From: Candidatus Aminicenantes bacterium
GTDB lineage: Bacteria; Acidobacteriota; Aminicenantia; Aminicenantales; Aminicenantaceae
Assembly (NCBI GenBank): GCA_021162615.1
Contig: JAGGYH010000018.1
Coordinates: forward strand, 8,501 to 72,500
Direction: 5' to 3'
Length of the DNA: 64,000 nt
Below the pieces are notes generated by a model. It was not told the origin of the DNA. It worked only from the letters and a program-made list of their open reading frames with translations, and ran no database searches. A program made the translations under genes and the position numbers. Shown piece after piece: positions 8,984-17,744 of this stretch. Position 1 is the first letter of the stretch; each line of letters opens with the position of its first letter.

Positions 8984-10330
8984 TTATCCTTTCCCTTGAG
9001 CGGTGTCTATTCCGTATTCAAAATGATTGGTTTTCCACCATTTTTCAGCGCTTTTCTGCCTCCCATAACCAAAGCTTTTGTCCATAGAGTTAAAGAAAGC
9101 ATCCAGAGCTGGTATTTTTGCGCTGGCTGCTTTCACAATCTCATGAATCACTGTTTTATCCTTTTTGGTCCATGGACATACTGCGATGCAGTTGCTGCAT
9201 CCCGATGTTGATTCCTCCCAATAGGCAAGACATTTAGGGGAGTCTTCAAACCAAGCCTTGTGTCCGGGGTTATTCCACTCGCCCTTGATTTCAAAGCTGG
9301 GCTCATCTTCATAAGAAATACATCCCGAAGGGCACGCTTCGGCACATCTTTTGCACACTTTGCAAAATTCCATCAACCCAAAATCAATAGGTTTATCTAC
9401 AGTCATAGGAAGGTCTGTCAAAACTTTGCACAATCTGACCATAGGTCCGTATTCAGGAGAGATCAGCCTGTTGGTCCTTCCCAATTCTCCCAGTCCTGCA
9501 TCCACAGCAACGGCTACACTGGAACCCAAGTCATTCACACTGGGAATGGCGGTATATCCCAAACCCCTTATAAACTCAGCCAGCCCAGCAACCAGAAACT
9601 CGCACCGGCTGTAACCCATAGAAGAACCTGCACTGCTTATGGCGGTGGGAGAACAGGCGATATTATCAATAGGCATCAGAACCGTCATGGCTATGGCGTA
9701 TTTGCATTTCTTTGGAATGACCATTTTTGTGTCATTTTCATAAGGTTCATCAGCTTTCTCAAATACAATCTTTTTCCCTCTTTCTTCAGAATGAATATGT
9801 CTGTGATCCAGCAGGGCCACTCCAGTGGTGGCTGCCCCAAAATATCTTGCGGCTGTTTTTATCAAATGGGCAGCCTGAGATGGACTGGCTTTGTATTTAT
9901 CCACACCCCTTTCTTCAGGAGTGGTGACAAAATTTCGGGTCCAGGAACGAGTTCCCCTGTTTAATCCTCCCTGTCTTGAAATAACCCAGGCAGCGTCTGC
10001 CAAAGCTCTGTCCTCAAGCCTGTACCCGGGTCTCTTTTCCTGGTAATATTTCTTTGTTTTTTCTTCACTCCTCCGGCTAAGCTCTCTCAAGTTATCTATC
10101 CCATAATATTTCGCCATGGAGCCAAAAACATTTTTTCGTGCTTCAAAGCGGGAATAGATGCGATCATCGATACCCAGTTTAGGTTTTTCGATTTCTTTGA
10201 CCCACCAGGGATGCTGGAAATGGGATGCTTGGGAGACATAATTAATCTCACCAGCTCTGCCAGTGATTCCTCCGCTCACAGCCACTCCTGCACTTCCTAA
10301 GCCATACTTGAAAAAATCCCTTCGTTTCAT
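8984..10330 (-). CDS. rdhA: Reductive dehalogenase homologue, Tat-exported
   Basis: MKRRDFFKYGLGSAGVAVSGG twin-arginine signal. CKVCKRCAEACP and C..YW...CSNCIAVCPWTKKD iron-sulfur motifs at the C-terminus. 448 aa. AAGGAG RBS 6 nt upstream of ATG 10330. Confidence 0.8.
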   Translation of the reverse strand: MKRRDFFKYGLGSAGVAVSGGITGRAGEINYVSQASHFQHPWWVKEIEKPKLGIDDRIYSRFEARKNVFGSMAKYYGIDNLRELSRRSEEKTKKYYQEKRPGYRLEDRALADAAWVISRQGGLNRGTRSWTRNFVTTPEERGVDKYKASPSQAAHLIKTAARYFGAATTGVALLDHRHIHSEERGKKIVFEKADEPYENDTKMVIPKKCKYAIAMTVLMPIDNIACSPTAISSAGSSMGYSRCEFLVAGLAEFIRGLGYTAIPSVNDLGSSVAVAVDAGLGELGRTNRLISPEYGPMVRLCKVLTDLPMTVDKPIDFGLMEFCKVCKRCAEACPSGCISYEDEPSFEIKGEWNNPGHKAWFEDSPKCLAYWEESTSGCSNCIAVCPWTKKDKTVIHEIVKAASAKIPALDAFFNSMDKSFGYGRQKSAEKWWKTNHFEYGIDTAQGKG

Positions 10331-10347
10331 GGATAACTCCTTTTTAT

Positions 10348-10612
10348 TTAACTTGAACTATTCATAAAAAAATGAATATCGCCATTTTTTTACCTTACAG
10401 GCGAGCCGATCTTACGGCATCTCTTTGTTGCAGGGTATTTGCGGTGAAGGACCACAGCTTCATACCCTGCGCCTCGCATCTGCAGCAACCTCGACTCGTG
10501 AATAACCAGGATCGACTTCCTGCATCCGAAGGCTAAATCTTCAATGTCGCTGCGTCCACACCTGAATTTCAGTATGCCTTCTTCAGCCTCGACTTGTGAA
10601 TAATCCAAGTCA
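10348..10612. repeat. Cluster of nested/abutting MITE-related modules filling the region upstream of rdhA
   Basis: - TIR-like ttaacttgaactattcat at 10348.
- ctgcagcaacctcgactcgtgaataa at 10480-10505.
- cttcagcctcgacttgtgaataatcc at 10581-10607.
- Module tccgaaggctaaatcttcaatgtcgct...cacacctgaatttcag at 10526-10571, shared with 35044-35090 and, reverse-complemented, with the start of the 55605 repeat.
- Internal hairpin cagggtat/ataccctg at 10431-10470. Confidence 0.65.
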
Positions 10613-10684
10613 ATAAATTTATAGGTCATAAATTACCATAAAGGTTCCTGACTTCAAATAATTTTCTATAAAGAAGTTAAGCTC

Positions 10685-13345
10685 CTATTCCGTAATGAGC
10701 TCGAAATGATACCAGCCGGAGCCGATCTCTATACGCATGAAATCATCAAGCTCTTCCACTTTGTTGATCCCCGGGACGCCGGTCAAGAATTTTCCTTGTG
10801 CATAAATCCGGTTTCCGCTCTCTTTGAGGATGATGTTTTCAAGTTTGAGTTTTGGTATTAAGACCTCTGCGTCAGAGTTGACAGGGATATGGACTTTCAG
10901 TTCAATGTGATGGTCGGATTTGGTCCAAGAGCTGGTGATTGGCCCCATGGGAGTGTAAATGGTTCCTGAGGCGAAGCTCAAGTCTCTCGCTATTTCAGGC
11001 CGGATAAGGATGTGTTTGAATCCGGCTGAGTCTTGCTTTTGTCTGATACCTGCGAGAACTTTGTAAAGCCAGGCGCCCACACTTCCGAACATAGGATGGT
11101 TGTGTGAGTTCATTCCCGGACCGGTTTTGTTCTGCCACAGTTCCCACAGAGTGGTCGCTCCGTTTTCAATCATATACCCCCAGCTGGGATAGGTGGTTTG
11201 AACTGAGAGGTCATAAGCCAAAGATGAAGAGCCGGTGTTCGACAGCACTTCCATAAGGTATTTGGTGCCCATGATCCCTGTGGTCAGGTGTGTGTTGTTC
11301 TTGTACAGGATGCTTTTTCTCAGGTTGTGCAGGACTCCTCCCCTGTTTTTTTCAGGAACCATATCTAAGAATAAGGGGAGAACGTTCGAGGTCTGGCTTC
11401 CGGTGCCGTAATTTCGGGTTTCAGGGTCGTAGTAGTTTTCATTAAATGCCTTTTTTATTCTTCCTGCAAGGTCCTGATAGGATCGAGCGTCTTTTTTCTT
11501 TTCCAGAACATCTGCTATGTTTTTCAGCAAAAGGACATCATAATAATAGAAGAAAGAAGAGACCAGACTTCCAGGCGTATCTTCCAGTGCTACCCAGTCC
11601 CCGTAATGGCTGTGTTCAAGGATATTGTTTTTAGCTTCAGACCGGAGGAAACCCACATATTTTTTTAAACCTTCATAGTGCTGTTCAAGGATGCGTTTGT
11701 CTCCATAATACCTATATATATACCAGCAGAGAAGGGGATAAGCTGTGCCCCAGGCAGGGTCAGCCGGCCGCTGCCCCCAAATAAAAGGAACCGTATCAGT
11801 GATGGTTCCTTTTTTATCCTGTGCGTCTTGGATGTCTGTAATGAATTTTGTGTAAAAAGCGCCCATATCAAAATTCATCAGGGCAGATTCTGCGGTAAGG
11901 TGGGCATCACCCATCCATCCCATTCTCTCGTCTCTCTGGCAGCAGTCAGTGGGGAGGGAGTGAAGATTGGTTTTTTGTCCCCATATGATCAAATCCTGGA
12001 GTTTGTTCAGAACGGATTTGGAGCAGGAGAAATTTCCCATCTGATGGACTGAAGAATGCACCAGTTTCCCCTTGATGGTATTTGGATTCGGGACACCCGG
12101 AAATCCAGTGAGTTCCACATATCGGAACCCATGGTAAGTGAAGCGGGGTTCATATTTTTCCGTTTCATCTCCTTTTAATATATACACATCCTGAGCTTTA
12201 GCGCTCCTTAGGTTTTCTTGATTGATCATTCCGTTTTCGTACAAAATTTCCGCAAAACGCATCCGGACCTCAGCTCCTCGAGGGCCTGAGACCGTAAGCT
12301 CAGCCCACCCGCTGAAATTCTGTCCGAAATCAAACACATAAACTCCATTTTCAGGCTGGGTTATTTCCCTGGGTAGAAGGGTATCCATGATTTTTATAGG
12401 AGGAAGCATCTGGGAGGAAAGTTTTCCTCTGGGCTTGAATCCGGTCTCAATGGGATTCCAGTCCGTATCATCGAATCCCGGCCTATCCCATCCGGGGAGT
12501 TCTTTTCGGGCATCATACACTTCTCCGTTGTAAATGCTGTCGGAAACCAAAGGTCCCTGCGCGGTTTTCCAGGTGCTGTCCGTTACAAGGGAGAGAAGCT
12601 CTCCTCCTTCCAATTCCACATTTATCTGCAGCATTAAAAGCCTTATCTCGCTCCATCCTTTTCCCAGCATCACTCCCACTGCGTTTTGGCCCTGAGTGAG
12701 GAGGTTAGTGACGTCATAGGTGGCATAGAGCACTCTCTGGTCATAGGTTGTGTATCCGGGATCAAGCACATGGTCGCCTGCTTTTTTCCCGTTGATCCTC
12801 AATTCGTAATAGCCGAGGCCGCAGATAAAAGCCCGGGCGCGGACAATATTTTTCTGAACTGAAAATTCTTTTCGGAACAGATTCTCTCCGCTGATCCATT
12901 CTCCTTTCCACTCTTCCTGAAGGAAAAGTCCGGTATCAAAACGGGCTGTCCGGCTGAAGGGACTGGGCTTGTCGTCCTTATCCCAGTACCGGACCTTCCA
13001 GAAGTAAGTGTGGTTGCTCTCAAGAGGTTCCCCGTCATAAGCTGTATGAAGGGATTGTTCCGAAAGGACTTTTCCGGAATCCCACATATCTGCTTTTTCT
13101 AGAGAAGGGTCTGTGGATACCATGATCTGATAGGCGGATTGTTTTTGACCCCGCTCTGAGTGTGAGAGCATCCATGAAAATCTTGGTTTTTCCACGTCGA
13201 TCCCCATGGGATTTTTAAGATATTCACACTGGAGGTCGTGAGGCGGAAGCGGTCCTGTGAGTGCTTCTGAAAAAACTGAAAGACGGGGGCCTGCAATAAA
13301 GAGCATAGCTAAAAAAACAATGAGGAAACGGTCAGTTCTTAACAT
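10685..13345 (-). CDS. Alpha-L-rhamnosidase (GH78), secreted
   Basis: 886 aa with N-terminal signal peptide. FRKEF...ARAFICGLGYYELRINGKKAGDHVLDPGYTTYDQRVLYATYDVT and the (alpha/alpha)6 region ...CCQRDERMGWMGDAH... are typical of GH78. Confidence 0.85.
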   Translation of the reverse strand: MLRTDRFLIVFLAMLFIAGPRLSVFSEALTGPLPPHDLQCEYLKNPMGIDVEKPRFSWMLSHSERGQKQSAYQIMVSTDPSLEKADMWDSGKVLSEQSLHTAYDGEPLESNHTYFWKVRYWDKDDKPSPFSRTARFDTGLFLQEEWKGEWISGENLFRKEFSVQKNIVRARAFICGLGYYELRINGKKAGDHVLDPGYTTYDQRVLYATYDVTNLLTQGQNAVGVMLGKGWSEIRLLMLQINVELEGGELLSLVTDSTWKTAQGPLVSDSIYNGEVYDARKELPGWDRPGFDDTDWNPIETGFKPRGKLSSQMLPPIKIMDTLLPREITQPENGVYVFDFGQNFSGWAELTVSGPRGAEVRMRFAEILYENGMINQENLRSAKAQDVYILKGDETEKYEPRFTYHGFRYVELTGFPGVPNPNTIKGKLVHSSVHQMGNFSCSKSVLNKLQDLIIWGQKTNLHSLPTDCCQRDERMGWMGDAHLTAESALMNFDMGAFYTKFITDIQDAQDKKGTITDTVPFIWGQRPADPAWGTAYPLLCWYIYRYYGDKRILEQHYEGLKKYVGFLRSEAKNNILEHSHYGDWVALEDTPGSLVSSFFYYYDVLLLKNIADVLEKKKDARSYQDLAGRIKKAFNENYYDPETRNYGTGSQTSNVLPLFLDMVPEKNRGGVLHNLRKSILYKNNTHLTTGIMGTKYLMEVLSNTGSSSLAYDLSVQTTYPSWGYMIENGATTLWELWQNKTGPGMNSHNHPMFGSVGAWLYKVLAGIRQKQDSAGFKHILIRPEIARDLSFASGTIYTPMGPITSSWTKSDHHIELKVHIPVNSDAEVLIPKLKLENIILKESGNRIYAQGKFLTGVPGINKVEELDDFMRIEIGSGWYHFELITE

Positions 13346-13383
13346 TCCATCCTCCTTTTAATCCGGGTTAATTATACTAAAAT

Positions 13384-15219
13384 CTAATTTTTAATTTTTA
13401 TTCTTTCTTTTGATATGATTTTATTGATTCTGTCCATGTCAAATTTTTCTGTCCGGTCATAATTGTAAATCCCGTTCTGTTCCTGCTCAATGTCTGTAAG
13501 CTGTGTATAGCAGAATCCGCAGATATGGTCGAGACTCAGGATAACATCTGTGAGGGCTTCCAGGCGGGTATAGAATTCCTCCAGAGTAGGGGGGTCTTCG
13601 CCGTATCCCCACGAGTCTTTAGAGTGCTGCTGTTGAGCGGACGGAATCCATTTGATGCCTCCGTATTCATCAATGAGATAGGGCTGACCCTGGTATGGGG
13701 CGTTTTGTTCGGGATTGCGGGTCCAGATGGATTGTTTTTCGGATGGGGTGAGAAGAATGCGGAGTTTTTCAGGATCCTGCTGGTATGTGTGTTCGGTCCA
13801 GAGGTCTGTTTTGATATGGATGCCACCGCTGGCATCATTTACCGGGCGTGTGGGGTCCAGGTTTTTAGCGAGATCGTAAGCTTCTGTGAGCAGCTGTTCC
13901 AGTTTTTCTCCTCCGCTCCAGGTTTCATTAAAAGGAGTCCATGCGATGATAGACGGATGGTTCCTGTCGCGCGTGACGATGTTTTCCCATTCAGTGAGGA
14001 AATTTCTGGCCGCTTCTCCGCTTGTGACATCTATGCCCCAGCTGGAAGATTCTCCCCATGTGAGATAACCCAGTCTGTCGGCCCAGTAGTGAAACCGTTC
14101 TTCAAATACTTTCTGGTGGAGCCTGGCTCCGTTGAATCCTGCTTTTTTGGAGAGAAGGATATCGTTTTTTAACGCCTCGTCGCTGGGAGCTGTCCATATG
14201 CCTTCCGGATAGAATCCCTGATCAAGCACTAACCTTAGGTAGATGGGTTTGTTGTTAAGATAGATCTGATTGCTGTGTGTATGGATCTTCCTCATACCTG
14301 CATAGCTTTTGACTGTGTCCAGGACCTTTCCATCTCGGTCAAGGACTTCAAGAATGATGTCATAAAGGAATGGATTTTCGGGTGACCACAACTGCGGGTT
14401 TTTGATGGTCACACTGCAGGGAGAACCTTGGGACGCAGCGAAATTTTCCTGTTTTACGGCTTTTCCATTCTGTTTGACCGTGATCCGAAGCTTCGACCCT
14501 TCTTTTATTTTATAAAATACCGGAGTGATAGAGAGTTTTTTCTGGTCGACATCCGGGATTATATGACATGATTTGAGCCCGTAAGGAGACACGGCTTCCA
14601 GCCAGACTGTTTGCCAGATGCCCGTGGTTCGGGTGTAATGGCATCCTCTTGAGTTGTAATCAGGGCATTGTTTTCCTGCCGGCTGCACACGGGAGCGGAC
14701 ATCGTCATAAGCAGAGACCACAAGATTGTGGATTGAGCCAGGTTTGACGAGGTCTGTGATGTCAAAATCAAACGAAGAAGTCCCTCCCCAGTGTTTTCCA
14801 GCGGACCGGCCGTCAATAAAAGCTTCTGAGGCATAATCGACCGCACCAAAATGGAGGATTATTTTTTTCCCTTTCCATGATTCGGGGATCGTAATATCTC
14901 TCTGATACCAAAGGGCGTTGATAAAGTCCTTGTGTTCCACTCCGGAGAGCTTGCTTTCAGGACAAAACGGGACGATGATGGTCTTGTCAAATCGAGTGCT
15001 GTTTTGAAATCCCTGCTGTTTTCCGGAAACTCCGAAGTCAAAGGCAAAACTCCACTCTCCGTTCAGGTTGAGCCAGGAATCCCTGAAAAATTGAGGCCGC
15101 GGATGTTCGGGCCGGGGAACAGATGACCCTGCCTGCTCCGCAGTCTCCTGCCGGGCAGAGGCCAAACACACAGTCAATAAAAAGAGAAAAAGGATGAATA
15201 TCGCTCCGAGTTTAGGCAT
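13384..15219 (-). CDS. Glycoside hydrolase family 2 (beta-galactosidase/beta-glucuronidase-like), secreted
   Basis: 611 aa with a signal peptide. Sugar-binding, Ig-like and TIM-barrel order, with GFNGARLHQKVFEERFHYWADRLGYLTWGE and NHPSIIAWTPFNE (acid/base Glu context). Confidence 0.8.
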   Translation of the reverse strand: MPKLGAIFILFLFLLTVCLASARQETAEQAGSSVPRPEHPRPQFFRDSWLNLNGEWSFAFDFGVSGKQQGFQNSTRFDKTIIVPFCPESKLSGVEHKDFINALWYQRDITIPESWKGKKIILHFGAVDYASEAFIDGRSAGKHWGGTSSFDFDITDLVKPGSIHNLVVSAYDDVRSRVQPAGKQCPDYNSRGCHYTRTTGIWQTVWLEAVSPYGLKSCHIIPDVDQKKLSITPVFYKIKEGSKLRITVKQNGKAVKQENFAASQGSPCSVTIKNPQLWSPENPFLYDIILEVLDRDGKVLDTVKSYAGMRKIHTHSNQIYLNNKPIYLRLVLDQGFYPEGIWTAPSDEALKNDILLSKKAGFNGARLHQKVFEERFHYWADRLGYLTWGESSSWGIDVTSGEAARNFLTEWENIVTRDRNHPSIIAWTPFNETWSGGEKLEQLLTEAYDLAKNLDPTRPVNDASGGIHIKTDLWTEHTYQQDPEKLRILLTPSEKQSIWTRNPEQNAPYQGQPYLIDEYGGIKWIPSAQQQHSKDSWGYGEDPPTLEEFYTRLEALTDVILSLDHICGFCYTQLTDIEQEQNGIYNYDRTEKFDMDRINKIISKERIKIKN

Positions 15220-15244
15220 TTTAAAATCCTTCCCGTTGTTTTTT

Positions 15245-15436
15245 ATTAACCTGATCTATTCATAAATTTTAAAATACGGGCAAAAATGATTCAAGGGCAA
15301 TTAAAAAACCCAACTTATAATCAGCTTCAATCTTTTTGTTGGAAATGCCTTTGAAAAGAAGCTGTTGTTTGGTACAATCTTTCATGGCTGTTTCCTTTTC
15401 TTTTTTGTTTTAACGTATTATATGTCAATACGTTAC
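15245..15436 (-). repeat. Left arm of a 192-bp inverted repeat (IS-derived: MITE-type end, truncated transposase 5' ORF, palindromic hairpin)
   Basis: Aligns base for base with the reverse complement of 17794-17986, with only a few mismatches. Contains atgaaagattgtaccaaacaacagc (MKDCTKQQLLFKGISNK.IEADY..., a 38-codon ORF ended by a stop) and the hairpin taacgtatt-atatgtca-atacgtta at 15411-15435. Confidence 0.85.
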
Positions 15437-15703
15437 GTGAGGGCAACTGTATTGGAGATATGTTCTGCCCCTCGTGGTCATTTTTCCTCGTCTATGTATT
15501 TTCAGATTGGCAGGACAGATGATCGTATCCTTATGAACGGTAAAATCTTCTCTTTGGTGATGGCCCCGGGGATTCCTGGGGATCGCAGGCATGGCTTTGA
15601 TTTCATGGAAAATATAAGAAAGGATTTCTTCGACGTCATAATTGGCATCAGCTGTAACCGCCTGAATGTTCATTGGAGAATATGATTTCAGTCTTTTAAG
15701 CAA
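15425..15703 (-). pseudogene. Internal fragment of a DDE transposase (IS5/IS1182/IS4-like)
   Basis: 92-aa ORF ...TADANYDVEEILSYIFHEIKAMPAIPRNPRG...CPANLKIHRRG... resembles the second-Asp region and downstream part of DDE transposases. It lacks the N-terminal and C-terminal thirds. Confidence 0.55.
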
Positions 15704-15786
15704 GACTAAAGCCTGCTTTTGTTCGTGTTGGTCTGCAGGAAGGTTAATTTCCGCGGTAGAAAACGGAAATTTTTGCTTTGCTCAAT

Positions 15787-15827
15787 CCGGAAATTATCAC
15801 GTTGCTGCAATAGCATAGGAAATATTT
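15787..15827 (-). repeat. Degenerate MITE fragment
   Basis: ccggaaattatcacgttgctgcaatagcataggaaatattt matches the reverse complement of the 4577-4662 repeat (ctggattattcacgagtcgaggttgctgcagaggctaggaataataaat) with an internal deletion. Confidence 0.4.
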
Positions 15828-15856
15828 TTGACCTCACCTGTCTCTTGTGTTATAAG
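15828..15856 (+). promoter_or_regulatory. Sigma70-like promoter candidate for the orphan gene at 15942
   Basis: TTGACC (15828-15833), 17-nt spacer, TATAAG (15851-15856), preceded by TGt (extended -10). About 85 nt upstream of ATG 15942. Confidence 0.4.
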
Positions 15857-15941
15857 CTTTATATTAAGAAATTGGATATACCTGTCTGTTTATACGAAGG
15901 GATAATAAGGAATCAAAAAAAATGGCTAAAAGGAGAATCTT

Positions 15942-16793
15942 ATGGACAATCGTTTACCTTTCAGTGTAATTGTGGGGGTAATCTTGGTTTTTATCAGCAT
16001 CAGGGCAGGTGAGTTAGAACATAAAAAAATGAATTTTTGGAAGGGCACTGTCTGTTATCAACAGACTGTAGATACGAGTAAGTATAGTCAAGGTATAGTA
16101 AGGGCAAAAACTTACGGTACAGAATACAATTGGGAAGAATATGAGATAAGAGAACTCCCGGATGAATTTGTTGAGTGGAATTTTAAGAGTAGAATTGAAT
16201 CATTAAAAAAAATAAGAAAAAATGAGTTTCTCTCTTTTGCTGGTCCTCATAACGCTGTGGTTGCCACCCAAGCGATAAGGCGATTTGATACTAAATTTTC
16301 CATAAATAATGCTGTAAAGGGCATGGGTTTTGTCCCTAGAAAGGATAAGCTAAAGGAAGTAATCGAATTACTCCAATCCACAATCAACAGAGACACAAAC
16401 GAAAAGATTGATATCCTTATAAATCTTTACAATACGCCTGATGAAGTATTTGATCGAACAAAACAGATATCTTTAGAACTTTATTCAAACCCAGAATTTG
16501 AAACACACACATTCCTGAACCAGATGATTAATCCGCGGACAGCCATTGTATTCCTGGATATTCCCAGCTTTGAACTAAAAGTCATTTCTCAATTACTCCA
16601 TCCAGAAGACCCTGAGTTAACAGAGTATGAGAAAGATATGATTGAATATGTGAATCTCGTCCACAGCTATTTTCATGGTAAATTTGACAAAAAGTTTATT
16701 GTTACTGTCTATTATGTGGTAGAAGTATATAATAATTCTCCTGGAAAAAATGGCAGGGGAGTAAGAATAGTACCTGAAAAAAACAGGAAATGA
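15942..16793 (+). CDS. Hypothetical protein, N-terminal membrane helix, no recognised family
   Basis: 283-aa ORF with AAGGAG 7 nt upstream. N-terminus LPFSVIVGVILVFISIRAG is hydrophobic. The rest is K/E/N-rich with no motif I can name. AT-rich relative to its neighbours. Confidence 0.55.
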   Translation: MDNRLPFSVIVGVILVFISIRAGELEHKKMNFWKGTVCYQQTVDTSKYSQGIVRAKTYGTEYNWEEYEIRELPDEFVEWNFKSRIESLKKIRKNEFLSFAGPHNAVVATQAIRRFDTKFSINNAVKGMGFVPRKDKLKEVIELLQSTINRDTNEKIDILINLYNTPDEVFDRTKQISLELYSNPEFETHTFLNQMINPRTAIVFLDIPSFELKVISQLLHPEDPELTEYEKDMIEYVNLVHSYFHGKFDKKFIVTVYYVVEVYNNSPGKNGRGVRIVPEKNRK

Positions 16794-16803
16794 AAAACTA
16801 CTT

Positions 16804-17634
16804 TTATTCTGAGACCTTTCTTCTTTTCTCTTTGTATATCAGGTAAAAGGTGATCAAAAAAGCAGCAGTGATAGAAGACATTATGGGCAGGTTGAGTGTA
16901 ATCCAGGGCTCTTTAAAAACCTTCCACTTAGCGAGTATTTCCACTCCATTCCAGAAAATGATGGCTGTCGGAATAGCGTATCTGATTGCCTTTCCCATCT
17001 CTTTTATTTTAAGCAATTTATACACGAGATATACTCCACATCCTAAGGAGAGGATAAAGGTAAGATAGGTTGCTGGGTGATGGACTCCAAATATATTCTC
17101 ATCATACATAAGAAGCAACAAGACATAAAAAGTCCAGAGCACAAGAATCATTTCAAAAGCAGTACGAGGACCATAGTTGCGGATTATTCCCTCTGAAGTA
17201 GGGCCTTTCATTAAAGGTAATTTTCTTCTTAAATACACTATAAAATTACATCTTACATCCTCATGAAAGAGTAAATAGATAAAAACTCCCAGGATGAAGG
17301 GCCAGGTGAATTTCATCAACCTATATTCTGGAGCTGTTCCAAAAAGGGAAGTTATTCCCAATCTCCGAGAAGCGAAGATCAATCCATACTCAACTGCTCC
17401 TGTCCAGAAAAGCAATCCTCCCAGCGCTCCGTTCATGCTCTGCCAGGTATCAGTCTTATTAAACCTGGTGAAATAGATGAGAAAAATTCCTAAGAGAGTA
17501 AGGATAACAGCTGACCAGAACATGAAGCTTTTTTCAAATACATAACTTTCATCCACATGGTTGATAACAATCATTAAAGCGTGCCCCATACCCATGAGAA
17601 GAAAGAAAAATAAAGCAGCCTTAATTCCTTTCAT
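16804..17634 (-). CDS. Hypothetical polytopic membrane protein (about 8 helices), no recognised family
   Basis: 276-aa ORF, hydrophobic along its whole length (AALFFFLLMGMGHALMIV, FWSAVILTLLGIFLIYF, ALGGLLFWTGAVEYGLIF, WPFILGVFIYLLF, FEMILVLWTFYVLLLLMY, YLTFILSLGCGVYLVY, IPTAIIFWNGVEIL, IMSSITAAFLITFYLIY). Convergent with 15942-16793, with a 10-nt gap. Confidence 0.6.
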   Translation of the reverse strand: MKGIKAALFFFLLMGMGHALMIVINHVDESYVFEKSFMFWSAVILTLLGIFLIYFTRFNKTDTWQSMNGALGGLLFWTGAVEYGLIFASRRLGITSLFGTAPEYRLMKFTWPFILGVFIYLLFHEDVRCNFIVYLRRKLPLMKGPTSEGIIRNYGPRTAFEMILVLWTFYVLLLLMYDENIFGVHHPATYLTFILSLGCGVYLVYKLLKIKEMGKAIRYAIPTAIIFWNGVEILAKWKVFKEPWITLNLPIMSSITAAFLITFYLIYKEKRRKVSE

Positions 17635-17647
17635 TTGATTCCTTTCA

Positions 17648-17680
17648 TAACGTATTTATATACGATACGTTAAAAGAAAA
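17648..17680 (+). repeat. Solo copy of the IS-end hairpin motif
   Basis: taacgtatttatatacgatacgttaaaagaaaa. Same palindrome plus AAAAGAAAA tail as at 17795-17828 and, reverse-complemented, at 15407-15435. Begins 14 nt upstream of the start (17634) of the membrane-protein gene. Confidence 0.6.
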
Positions 17681-17744
17681 TGAAATACGATTTATTCCAT
17701 CTTTAACATATTTTAACTTTAACAGGTTTTCACGAAATTCTAAC

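Noticed and set aside
10390-10629. 79-aa ORF upstream of rdhA
   Set aside because: It is composed entirely of dispersed repeat modules found in non-coding contexts elsewhere in the window.
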